A stretch of 64,000 nucleotides of DNA from Pontiella sp. (GTDB taxonomy: Bacteria; Verrucomicrobiota; Kiritimatiellia; Kiritimatiellales; Pontiellaceae). The DNA lies in contig JBNKHE010000004.1 of the NCBI GenBank assembly GCA_050290185.1, positions 128,001 to 192,000 on the forward strand, in the 5' to 3' direction. The notes under the pieces were generated by a model, which saw nothing but the letters and a program-made list of their open reading frames with translations, ran no database searches and was not told the origin of the DNA. The number at the start of each line of letters is the position of its first letter. Within the stretch, counting starts at the first letter, position 1. Both the position numbers and the translations under genes were made by a program. Shown one piece after another: positions 44,912 to 53,859 of the stretch.

Positions 44912-46240
44912 TTAAATCTCCCTAAAACAATTCAAAACCCGCTCCAGTTGTTCACCGCGCGATGCCTTGAGCAGCACCCGGTCGCCCGCAGTCAGGTGGT
45001 CTTTTAAAATCTGCGCGGCCTCGGCCGCATCGGTACAATGGAAAAACGGTTGTTTCCCGTTGCACATAATCGTTCCCGCCAGTTCACCAACGGCGATGAC
45101 GCCATCGAGGCCAAGGTCGTCAACAAACCGACCCAGCGCCCTATGCTCTTCCACCGCAATAGCTCCCAGCTCACGCATACCGCCGATTACCGCCCACTTC
45201 CGGCCCGTTCCGGAAAGATTGGAAAAGGTCCGCAATCCGGCCCTCATCGAAAGTGGATTGGCATTATATGCATCGTTGATGAACTGAATACCACCGATTT
45301 CGCTCTCCTGCCAACGCATGGGGACGGCCTTGAACCGGCTGAGCCCTTCGGCAACCTGCTCTGGCTTCATGCCTTGTTCCAAACCAAGAGCAATGGCGCG
45401 CAACGCATTGCGCATAATATGCTCTCCGGGCAACGGCATGATATAATCATATCCGTTGACATTCATCACACCATCGCCCACCCGGCGCCCCACATAGTCG
45501 GCAATCCCCCCATACGAAACGGAAACCACATGGGCACAGGTGTGACCACGGATCATGGCGTACCACTCACTGTCGCGATCAAGAATAACCATGCCGGAAG
45601 GGGGCACACGCTCGGCCAGCTTTGATTTTTCACGGGCAATAGCCTCCAGCGAAGCAAAGCTTTCCCGATGGGCGTTGCAGATATCGGTAATCACGGCGAT
45701 TTTCGGCTGGAGCAGATAGGCCAGTCCGCCGATCTCTCCCGGATGATTCATCCCCACCTCAAAAACGCCGTAGCGTCCTGCCTGCGGCATGGCCAGCATG
45801 GTCAATGGCAAGCCGATGTGGTTATTGTAGTTGCCCGCCGTACGATGTGTCTTGCCCACCATGGAGAGCACATCAGCACACATCTCCTTAACCGTGGTCT
45901 TCCCGACACTGCCGGTAATGCCGACCGGTGTTCCCAGCCACTTCCTGCGGTAGCCCCGTGCCAGATCCTGCAAACCCCGAACCGTATCGGGAACCTTGAG
46001 AACAGGATTATTCGTCCATTGGAAATCGTCCTGCACCAGGGCCCCGATCGCGCCCTTATCAAAGGCTTCTTCAACAAATTTGTGACCGTCCAAGCGTTCT
46101 CCGCGGATCGCCACGTAGAAGTCACCCGGCCTCAGATTGCGCGTATCCTGTGTAACATTGCGTACGATCCCGTCGGGAATGCCGTTGCTCCACATTCTGG
46201 AAACCCACTGCGATAATTCTCCTGGACGAAATTCAGGCAT
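44912..46240 (-). CDS. murF: UDP-MurNAc-tripeptide:D-Ala-D-Ala ligase
   Basis: ITGSVGKTTVKE, NYNNHIGLP, EVGMNHPGEI, NDAYNANP, LKASRG. Confidence 0.96.
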   Translation of the reverse strand: MPEFRPGELSQWVSRMWSNGIPDGIVRNVTQDTRNLRPGDFYVAIRGERLDGHKFVEEAFDKGAIGALVQDDFQWTNNPVLKVPDTVRGLQDLARGYRRKWLGTPVGITGSVGKTTVKEMCADVLSMVGKTHRTAGNYNNHIGLPLTMLAMPQAGRYGVFEVGMNHPGEIGGLAYLLQPKIAVITDICNAHRESFASLEAIAREKSKLAERVPPSGMVILDRDSEWYAMIRGHTCAHVVSVSYGGIADYVGRRVGDGVMNVNGYDYIMPLPGEHIMRNALRAIALGLEQGMKPEQVAEGLSRFKAVPMRWQESEIGGIQFINDAYNANPLSMRAGLRTFSNLSGTGRKWAVIGGMRELGAIAVEEHRALGRFVDDLGLDGVIAVGELAGTIMCNGKQPFFHCTDAAEAAQILKDHLTAGDRVLLKASRGEQLERVLNCFREI

Positions 46241-47694
46241 TAACCAACAATCTCCCTGACGACTTCACGATCGTCGAACGGCACGATAGTACCATCGAAT
46301 TCCTGATAGGTCTCATGCCCTTTTCCGGCAATCACCAGCAAGTCATTGCGGCGCATCATCGCGATTGCCGCAGCAATGGCATCCCTGCGATCCAGCACAA
46401 CTTCATACCGCGTTGGATCATCACATCCCGCGATAACATCACCAACAATTGCAGCGGGATCTTCACGGCGGGGGTTGTCGGAGGTCACAATGGCATAGTC
46501 GGCCAGCCCGCAAGCCACCCGGCCCATTTTTTCGCGCTTGCCCGTGTCACGGTTCCCGCCGCAGCCAAACACGACAAGGAGGCGCCCTTTACAGATTTCC
46601 CGCAGGGTGTTGAGCACGTTTTTAAGCGCATCGTCCGTATGCGCATAGTCGACAAAGATTTTCCGGTTCCGGCGGTTGGGGACCAGTTCCAGCCGGCCGG
46701 GTACCGCATCAAGCTGCTCGAGCGAGCAAACGATTTGTTGAAGGCCAACACCACACAGTCCGCCAGCGGCAATGGCCGCAAGCGCATTATGGATGTTGAA
46801 ACGCCCCAGAAGCCGGAGATGGACCCGCCCCTCTCCCCAAGGCGTGGTGATGCGGAAGCTGGATCCGTGAGCATCAAGTTTAACCTTGGCGGCACGCACC
46901 TGTGCCTGTTCGCTGAAACCATAGGTTACGATATCGACATCGAGCGTCCGTTCCACCAGCTTGCGCCCCCACGGATCATCGACATTGATAACCGCAGACC
47001 GTTCGTCGCTTCTCTTCAACGACTCGAACAGGTTGGCCTTGGTATCAAAATAGGAATCCATGTCCCGATGGAAATCGAGATGATCCTGTGTCAGATTGGT
47101 AAAAACACCGATCTTAAAATCAATCGCATGCACACGCTCCATGGCAATGGCGTGCGAAGAAACCTCCAGCACCGCCGAATCGCAGCCATGCTCCTGCATC
47201 TGCCGGAACATGGAATGAATATCGGGTGCCTCCGGTGTCGTGCGCGAGGACGGCAGGGAACGGCCTCCGATCTCATAGGCCACGGTACCCAGCAATCCCG
47301 GCGTGTAGCCTCCATCCCTCAGGATATTTCGGATCATGTAACATGTCGTGGTCTTTCCGTTTGTTCCGGTCACACCGACCACCTTCATCCGGTGCGAAAG
47401 ATCGCCGAAAAAGGCATTGGCCAGTTCGGCCAGCGCACGCCGGGCATGCGGAACGTGGATATGAACAACACCGGATCCCAGGTCAAGCTGGCGCTCGGAA
47501 ACCACGGCAACAGCACCGTTCGACAGGGCATCGGGAATATATTCCGCCCCATCGGATTTCATGCCCGGCAAAGCCACAAAAAGCCCCCCGGGCTTTACCT
47601 GCCGCGAGTCGTAGGCAATGCCGTTGACTTCCACATTCAAATCCCCGGCAACGTCCAGTACCGTAATCGTTTCGAGCAGTTCGTTCAGCTTCAT
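46240..47694 (-). CDS. murE: UDP-MurNAc-dipeptide:meso-DAP ligase
   Basis: VTGTNGKTT, EVSSH, NLTQDHLDFH, VDYAHT, DNPR (DAP-specific), AGKGHE. Confidence 0.97.
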   Translation of the reverse strand: MKLNELLETITVLDVAGDLNVEVNGIAYDSRQVKPGGLFVALPGMKSDGAEYIPDALSNGAVAVVSERQLDLGSGVVHIHVPHARRALAELANAFFGDLSHRMKVVGVTGTNGKTTTCYMIRNILRDGGYTPGLLGTVAYEIGGRSLPSSRTTPEAPDIHSMFRQMQEHGCDSAVLEVSSHAIAMERVHAIDFKIGVFTNLTQDHLDFHRDMDSYFDTKANLFESLKRSDERSAVINVDDPWGRKLVERTLDVDIVTYGFSEQAQVRAAKVKLDAHGSSFRITTPWGEGRVHLRLLGRFNIHNALAAIAAGGLCGVGLQQIVCSLEQLDAVPGRLELVPNRRNRKIFVDYAHTDDALKNVLNTLREICKGRLLVVFGCGGNRDTGKREKMGRVACGLADYAIVTSDNPRREDPAAIVGDVIAGCDDPTRYEVVLDRRDAIAAAIAMMRRNDLLVIAGKGHETYQEFDGTIVPFDDREVVREIVG

Positions 47695-49505
47695 TCGTCG
47701 GGCCTCACCACATAGATCCGGTTTCCATCGGGTGCAATACGCAGATAGCGCACGGCAAACTCGGCAATCTCACTAAACGCAGGACCGCATACGGTGCCGC
47801 CATGCTGGCCGATCGGCTTGCCGTTCCGGTTATATTTCACGGGATCGTCAGCCACCACGATGATGCCGATTTCCGGATTGTTCGCGGGGATGAATCCGGC
47901 AAACGACGCCATGAACTTGTGTTCATAATACCCCCCGCCCTCTTCCTTCGGGCGGATTTTCTGCGCGGTACCGGTCTTCCCGGCCACCGTATAGCCCTCA
48001 ACCCGGGCCTTGGGCGCGGTTCCGCCGTTTTCGGTTACGCGGGCCAGACAGCGCTGCATCTCGCGGGCCGTTGACGGGGCGATCGGGCGGCCCAGTTCCT
48101 CCGGTTTGTTTTCCAGCACGACATGGCCGTCCGCAGCAACCACCTTTTTTACCACATAGGGCTTCATTTGTACGCCGTTGTAGGCGATGGCATCCATCAT
48201 GGAGATCATCTGCATCGCCGTAACGGCGATTCCTTGCCCCATGCCGATGCGCGTAATGCGGATCTTCGACCAATGCTTCGGGGACGTTAAAATCCCCCCT
48301 TCCTCGCCCGGCAGCCCGATGCCGAGCCGGTTGCCAAAATGGAAGGCCTTGAAATGGTCGTACACCGTCTGCTCGCCCATCATGATCGCAATCTTGGCGG
48401 TACCGATATTGCTGGAATATTTCAACACGTCCGCGACGCTCAGTCGGTCCCATCCCGGGGGATCGTCTCGCAGCTTAAAGCGAGGCCAATAGCGGTTCTC
48501 GCATTCTATCATGGTGTTCGTTGCTACGACATGCTCATCGAGCGCACTCGAAATCAAGGCCGCCTTCATGACCGAACCCGGCTCGTAGTTCACGCTAATT
48601 GCCCGGTTACGCATCCAATCAGGCGGCGCGTTGCGATAACGGTTAAGATCATAAGTGGGATAGGATGCCATCGCCAGGATCTCGCCGGTGCTCACGCGTT
48701 GAACGATGGCCCAAACCGCCTTGGCATTGAAGTCGTTGCAGGTTTTTTCGATGGTCTTTTCCACGAAGTACTGCAGTTGCTGATCGAGTGTCAGCACCAC
48801 GGTAGCCCCGTCTTCGGGGGGAATATCAACCGTTCGGCTGCCATAGATTTCGCGCCGCCGCCCATCCTTCGCGCTAATGCGTAAACCTTCTTTGCCGCGC
48901 AGGAATTCATCCATGCGCTGCTCGATTCCCGCACTGCCGACCCCCTCCATATTGGAAAATCCGACGACGTGCGCCATCAACGGCCCTTTGGGATAGTTGC
49001 GGATCGAGGTTTCCTGCATCGTGACACCGCGCAGATAAATGTTGGTTTCCCCGCCTTCGAGCGGTTCCCGCGGCGTATAGACCACACCATAGGCCCTCGG
49101 ATCAAAACGTTTTAGTTTTTGCTCCGGCACATAACGCTTAATGGGCACCCACCGACGCGTGGCATCATCCAAATCCTGCCAAAGCTCGTCTTCCGGAATA
49201 TGGAATTCCTGCGACATGTATTTGGCCACCGCTTCGGGATTGCCATTTTCGTGGATGTCCTTGGGATCAAGGCAAACGTGGTACGCGGTCATGTCCATGG
49301 CCAGAATTTCGCCGTTGCAATCTACGATTCGTCCGCGGCTGCCGACCGGTTTCCATTCCAGCTTCCGGTTCTCCTGAATCGGGGTCAGGACCCAAGCTTC
49401 GGGCTTGAGCTGCACGAAACAAAGGCGCAATGCAATGCCGGCGAAAACGAGTAGCACCATTCCCGCGAGCACTCCAACCCTCCATTTATACCGCACTTCC
49501 GCCAT
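47691..49505 (-). CDS. ftsI: Class B penicillin-binding protein (division transpeptidase)
   Basis: RGRIVD, YEPGSVMK (SxxK), SSN, GKTGTAQ; dcw context. Confidence 0.93.
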   Translation of the reverse strand: MAEVRYKWRVGVLAGMVLLVFAGIALRLCFVQLKPEAWVLTPIQENRKLEWKPVGSRGRIVDCNGEILAMDMTAYHVCLDPKDIHENGNPEAVAKYMSQEFHIPEDELWQDLDDATRRWVPIKRYVPEQKLKRFDPRAYGVVYTPREPLEGGETNIYLRGVTMQETSIRNYPKGPLMAHVVGFSNMEGVGSAGIEQRMDEFLRGKEGLRISAKDGRRREIYGSRTVDIPPEDGATVVLTLDQQLQYFVEKTIEKTCNDFNAKAVWAIVQRVSTGEILAMASYPTYDLNRYRNAPPDWMRNRAISVNYEPGSVMKAALISSALDEHVVATNTMIECENRYWPRFKLRDDPPGWDRLSVADVLKYSSNIGTAKIAIMMGEQTVYDHFKAFHFGNRLGIGLPGEEGGILTSPKHWSKIRITRIGMGQGIAVTAMQMISMMDAIAYNGVQMKPYVVKKVVAADGHVVLENKPEELGRPIAPSTAREMQRCLARVTENGGTAPKARVEGYTVAGKTGTAQKIRPKEEGGGYYEHKFMASFAGFIPANNPEIGIIVVADDPVKYNRNGKPIGQHGGTVCGPAFSEIAEFAVRYLRIAPDGNRIYVVRPDE

Positions 49506-49632
49506 ACGCTTGCTTTCACTCCTGTTTTACGGCAAAACCCGCAACCTGCCTTCGCAGCGTCGCGGGAGTTGGGGATGCGCTTCGGCCGGTTTGCCTCCGC
49601 CTCCTATTTGGCTGTCGTCTACCGGCCTGACA

Positions 49633-50013
49633 TCATGGCCGCACCAGCGATCGCGTATCAGACATCGCCGTCAAGTCCGCCAGCTCCCAATGTCCCATCT
49701 TCACGACTTGTGATTCCAAAGGCATATCCATATCCAGACCAAACTTCCGGATCGCCTGCCGCAGATTCGACGGAGACGTCATGATCGACCAACGCTCCTG
49801 TTCGTTGTTGCAGCGCTTTTGGGCAGAAGCCAGCTCGGCCTCCTTCCCCTTGATCTCGCGACCGAGGGCATCGCAGCGCGCGCACAACCACATGTAACTC
49901 AGGCCAAGCACCGTAACCAACACCAGCACATTGGCCAGCGCCACCGGGAAAGGCACCTGCACCTGGTTCTTTTTCTTTTTTTTATTCCTGTTGGTTTTTC
50001 GTTTTGTAGCCAT
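49633..50013 (-). CDS. ftsL: Probable cell division protein FtsL-like
   Basis: Basic N-terminus, single TM, coiled coil; located between rsmH and ftsI. The call rests mainly on position. Confidence 0.65.
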   Translation of the reverse strand: MATKRKTNRNKKKKKNQVQVPFPVALANVLVLVTVLGLSYMWLCARCDALGREIKGKEAELASAQKRCNNEQERWSIMTSPSNLRQAIRKFGLDMDMPLESQVVKMGHWELADLTAMSDTRSLVRP

Positions 50014-50014
50014 G

Positions 50015-50944
50015 TTACACTCCCACTCGGACCGCGCGCAGCTTGGCCGAACGCGATCGCGGATTTACGGCTTGCTCTTCTACGGTAGCCGTCTTCGGCT
50101 TCTTCCAAATCCATTCCACCGGCGGCTCCTCGTAGATCCGCCGCACGCCACCCTGCTGCAGCGATTCCTCGCGCGGCACATGGCGGTTAAAAAACTGTTT
50201 CACCATACGGTCCTCCAGACTGTGGAAGGTCAGCACCACGAAGCGGCCGCCCTCGACAATCCGGTCAATCATGCTCTCAAGCACCTGTTCGATTCCGGCC
50301 AGCTCGTCGTTGACCGCCATCCGAAGAGCCTGAAAAGTCTGGGTTGCCGGATGGGTTTTCCGCCCTTTCCGGCCTCCCTTTGCCCGTTCCACGATCCCCG
50401 CCAACTGCAGCGTGGTCTCAATGTGGTTCTTCGCCCGGGCCTGCACAATCGCCCGCGCAATGCGGCGTGCGGCGCGATCCTCTCCATATTTAAAAATAAT
50501 ATCCGCCAGTTCCTGCTCCTCCGCCTCGTTGACCAGATCAGAGGCGGTGAGCCCCTTGGTCTGATCCATCCGCATGTCGATCGGCGCTTCCTGCTGAAAG
50601 CTAAAGCCACGCTCCGCAAGATCGAGCTGGAAGGAACTGACTCCCAGATCGAGCAGTATGCCGTTCACCTTTTCAATCCCCAGGCGATCGAAGTGCTCGG
50701 CCATGTTCGCATAATTGTCATGCACGAGTTCCACTCGTTTCCCCGCTCCTGATTGAAGTGTTTCTCTCACCCGCTCGATGGCATCGATGTCGCGATCAAA
50801 CCCGACCAGCATGCCGCCCTTACCCAGCCGCTCCAAAATTCTTCCCGCATGCCCGCCGTTACCCAGGGTGCCGTCTACGTAGACCCCGCACGGATCCGTA
50901 ATCAGCGCCTCCAGGCACTCATCAAGCATGACCGGTATATGCAC
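50015..50944 (-). CDS. rsmH: 16S rRNA m4C1402 methyltransferase
   Basis: HIPVM, DGTLGNGGH, DLGVSSFQLD..RGFSF, DMRMD, FHSLEDR, NPRSRSAKLR. Confidence 0.97.
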   Translation of the reverse strand: MHIPVMLDECLEALITDPCGVYVDGTLGNGGHAGRILERLGKGGMLVGFDRDIDAIERVRETLQSGAGKRVELVHDNYANMAEHFDRLGIEKVNGILLDLGVSSFQLDLAERGFSFQQEAPIDMRMDQTKGLTASDLVNEAEEQELADIIFKYGEDRAARRIARAIVQARAKNHIETTLQLAGIVERAKGGRKGRKTHPATQTFQALRMAVNDELAGIEQVLESMIDRIVEGGRFVVLTFHSLEDRMVKQFFNRHVPREESLQQGGVRRIYEEPPVEWIWKKPKTATVEEQAVNPRSRSAKLRAVRVGV

Positions 50945-51148
50945 TTAGCCCTTTCGTCCACTGACCGGAACCCGGTCCATGACTTCCTCCTCCTGCCGAC
51001 CAAAGCACCAGTGGCTTTGGTTGCCGTGCAGGCAGGAAAACAGATGGGTGGTATTGACCATCGACAAACTGAAGAAGCGATCGCCCTCCGGGGCGAGATC
51101 CACCGACTTCGAATAACTCAAGAAACGGGCCACATCCAACATGCTCAT
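50945..51148 (-). other. mraZ-rsmH spacer: possible 67-aa ORF and/or structured RNA
   Basis: The ORF has a G-rich RBS and its stop abuts the rsmH GTG. The same sequence also contains three strong hairpins. Confidence 0.4.
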
Positions 51149-51171
51149 TGCATCCCCCTTTTGCTCCTTCT

Positions 51172-51630
51172 CTAATAACCGCCAAAAAATACATTCTCCG
51201 CCGTGGACGAATCCTGCGGCAGAGCCAAATCAAAATTCTCCGCGCTCCAAAGCTCGATGCGCGTCATGGCTCCCACTAGAACCACCTGGTTTTTCACCTC
51301 GATATGTGCGAGCAGATTTTCCCCGACCCGCACCCGGCCCTGGGCATCCCACACCAGCATTTCCGCCCCGGCCGTGATCGAGCGGATCGCCTGTTCGTCG
51401 TTCCGGTCCAATGCCCCGCCGCTACGCAACTCATTCAGGCGTCGCATCATTTCGGCAGAGGTATAAAGAAACAGGCACTTCTCATCAGGATGCGGAAACG
51501 CAAACAACTGGTTCGAGTCCCCGGCCAGATTCCTCCAGCTTGATGGAAAGATCATACGGCGCTTGGCATCAAGGGAATGCGTAAACGACCCGACAAACAA
51601 TGCTGGCGCACTTTCAATAGCTGTCGTCAT
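51172..51630 (-). CDS. mraZ: Division/cell wall cluster transcriptional regulator
   Basis: FVGSFTHSLDAKRRMIFP and WDAQGRV (two DxxxR motifs), VGAMTRIELW; first gene of the dcw cluster. Confidence 0.93.
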   Translation of the reverse strand: MTTAIESAPALFVGSFTHSLDAKRRMIFPSSWRNLAGDSNQLFAFPHPDEKCLFLYTSAEMMRRLNELRSGGALDRNDEQAIRSITAGAEMLVWDAQGRVRVGENLLAHIEVKNQVVLVGAMTRIELWSAENFDLALPQDSSTAENVFFGGY

Positions 51631-51639
51631 GTTATTCAC

Positions 51640-51806
51640 TCCACTTTGCTCCCATTAATGGGATCTTATGACACCTTGCCCCACCTGCCGTCAAACCAAT
51701 ATCCCGCTTTTTTCGTCTGATTAAGGCCGGGAGTACGTAAAAAACTTCCCCCCTCTCCAGGGATGCACCACACCCGGCCCAACCCTGGCGCTCCACTCCT
51801 CCCCAC
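51640..51806 (-). promoter_or_regulatory. Candidate MraZ operator boxes (GTGG repeats at about 10-bp spacing)
   Basis: Minus strand GTGGG-N5-GTGGA at 51806-51792; GTGGG/GTGTC/ATGGG/GTGGA at 51684-51640. Confidence 0.5.
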
Positions 51807-52044
51807 AATCCCTTTCCCTTTTACCCCTCCTGCCCTATAGTTCACCGGATGCAACCTAGATTACAGGGCCGTATAAAACCCCGGCCGGATACCAAATCAG
51901 GGATAGATGATAAAAATTGTACGATTTAAGTATTTTAATGCTGAAATCGTCCGTAGCGTGTGATTTAACTTGCCGAATCCAGAGGAAAACCCGTTAAAAG
52001 CACGTGGAACTGAAGTATAGCAAACTGCATATTGGAGATAGCGA

Positions 52045-53859
52045 GTGAAGCCAACAAACACGAGGGATCCGGAATATTTCCACAAAGTTGTAGATTGCCA
52101 ATACGCCTGTCCGGCGCATACCCCTGTACCCGAGTACATTCGACTGATCGCCGCCGGCCGCTATGCCGACGCCTACATGGTCAACTGGGAATCCAACGTA
52201 TTCCCCGGAATCCTTGGCCGAACCTGCGACCGCCCCTGCGAACCGGCCTGCCGCCGTGGCCGCGTAGAAGACAAGCCGGTGGCCATCTGCCGTCTCAAGC
52301 GCGTCTGCGCCGATATGAAAGACGATGTCCACTCGCGTATGCCTGAAATTCCCAAAACGAAAAACGGCTTCAAGGTGGCGCTAATCGGGGCAGGCCCTTC
52401 TGCACTCACCGTCGCTCGCGACCTGATGCCGCTGGGCTATGAAATCGATCTATTTGAAGCGACGCCTTCGGCCGGTGGATTCATGCGCCAGCAGATCCCG
52501 TCCTTCCGGTTGCCGTCCGAGGTGATTGACGAAGAAACCGGCTACATTCTCGACATGGGCGTCAACGCCTATTTCAACACGCGCGTGGAAAGCATGAAGG
52601 AACTGCTCGAGAAGGGCTACGACGCCGTATTTGTCGGCACCGGAGCCCCCACGGGACGAAACCTGAAGCTTCCGGGCTACGAAGATCAGGAACACAACGC
52701 CGTATACATCGGCGTCGAATGGCTCTCGCAGGTTGCTTTTGGACACGTTACCGAGGCCCCGAAGGATGTGATCGTAATCGGCGGCGGCAATACGGCCATG
52801 GACTGCTGCCGAACAGCCCTGCGTCTCGGCGCGGAAAACGTAAAGGTTGTGATCCGAACTCCCATTGATGCCATGGTGGCTTCGCCATGGGAAATTGAAG
52901 ACACCCAGGCCGAAGGCATTCCCATTCTCGAAAACCACAATCCACTGGAATATGTGATCGAGGACGGACAGTTGACGGGCATGAATTTCGACATCATCGA
53001 ATATGCGGTTGACGCGAATGGCAGGGAAACCTTCACTCCGGTTGGCCGGCAGGAAACCATTCCATGCAGCATGGTGCTGCTAGCGATCGGTCAGGCCAAT
53101 GCCTTCCCGTGGATCGAGCGCGATATCGGCATTGAATTTAACGAGATCGGCCTGGCCAAGGTCGATGATGTCACGTTCCAATCCACTAACCCGAAGGTTT
53201 TCTTTGGCGGCGACGCGGCCTTCGGCCCAAAGAATATCATCACGGCCGTTGCCCAGGGCCACGATGCGGCGCTTTCCATCGATCTGTATCTCAAGGGAAA
53301 AGATATCCTTAAACGTCCGCCCCCAGGCACCAGCCTGATCAGTCAGAAAATGGGCATCCACGACTGGAGCTATGCCAGCATGGTAACCGAGGAGCGGCGG
53401 CATATCGTGCCGCATATCGACCTGGACGAAGCAATCCACAGCCACAAGACCGAAGTGGAACTGGGCTTTGATGCCAAGACGGCCTTCGAAGAAGCCCAGC
53501 GCTGCCTGAATTGCGATGTAGAAACCGTTTTTACCGCCGAAAAATGCATTGAATGCGATGCCTGCGTTGACATTTGCCCGGTAGACTGCCTGAACTTCAC
53601 AGAAAACGAGGAAGAAGCGGAACTCAGGAGAAATCTGAATGTCCCGGCCTACAACCTGTCGCAACCGATTTATGTATCAAAGGAAGTCGGAACCGGCCGG
53701 GTGATGGTGAAGGACGAGGATGTCTGCCTGCACTGCGGACTCTGTGCGGAACGTTGCCCGACAGCGGCCTGGGACATGCAGAAATTTCTCTACATACAAA
53801 CCAAGGCGGGCTATGCCGATGAGAACCAAACCAACCCCCTGAAACCCGAGACTCCATGA
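52045..53859 (+). CDS. GltD-like FAD/NAD(P) oxidoreductase with a C-terminal 2[4Fe-4S] ferredoxin domain
   Basis: CQYACP, GRTCDRPCEPACRR, IGAGPS, IGGGNTAMD, CIECDACVDICP, CLHCGLCAERCP. Confidence 0.92.
   Translation: MKPTNTRDPEYFHKVVDCQYACPAHTPVPEYIRLIAAGRYADAYMVNWESNVFPGILGRTCDRPCEPACRRGRVEDKPVAICRLKRVCADMKDDVHSRMPEIPKTKNGFKVALIGAGPSALTVARDLMPLGYEIDLFEATPSAGGFMRQQIPSFRLPSEVIDEETGYILDMGVNAYFNTRVESMKELLEKGYDAVFVGTGAPTGRNLKLPGYEDQEHNAVYIGVEWLSQVAFGHVTEAPKDVIVIGGGNTAMDCCRTALRLGAENVKVVIRTPIDAMVASPWEIEDTQAEGIPILENHNPLEYVIEDGQLTGMNFDIIEYAVDANGRETFTPVGRQETIPCSMVLLAIGQANAFPWIERDIGIEFNEIGLAKVDDVTFQSTNPKVFFGGDAAFGPKNIITAVAQGHDAALSIDLYLKGKDILKRPPPGTSLISQKMGIHDWSYASMVTEERRHIVPHIDLDEAIHSHKTEVELGFDAKTAFEEAQRCLNCDVETVFTAEKCIECDACVDICPVDCLNFTENEEEAELRRNLNVPAYNLSQPIYVSKEVGTGRVMVKDEDVCLHCGLCAERCPTAAWDMQKFLYIQTKAGYADENQTNPLKPETP

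Noticed and set aside
49560..49600. c-di-GMP-I riboswitch (GGCAAACC on the minus strand)
   Set aside because: Lacks the following GAAA-capped stem and the GACGCAAAGC segment; kept only as a generic structured spacer.
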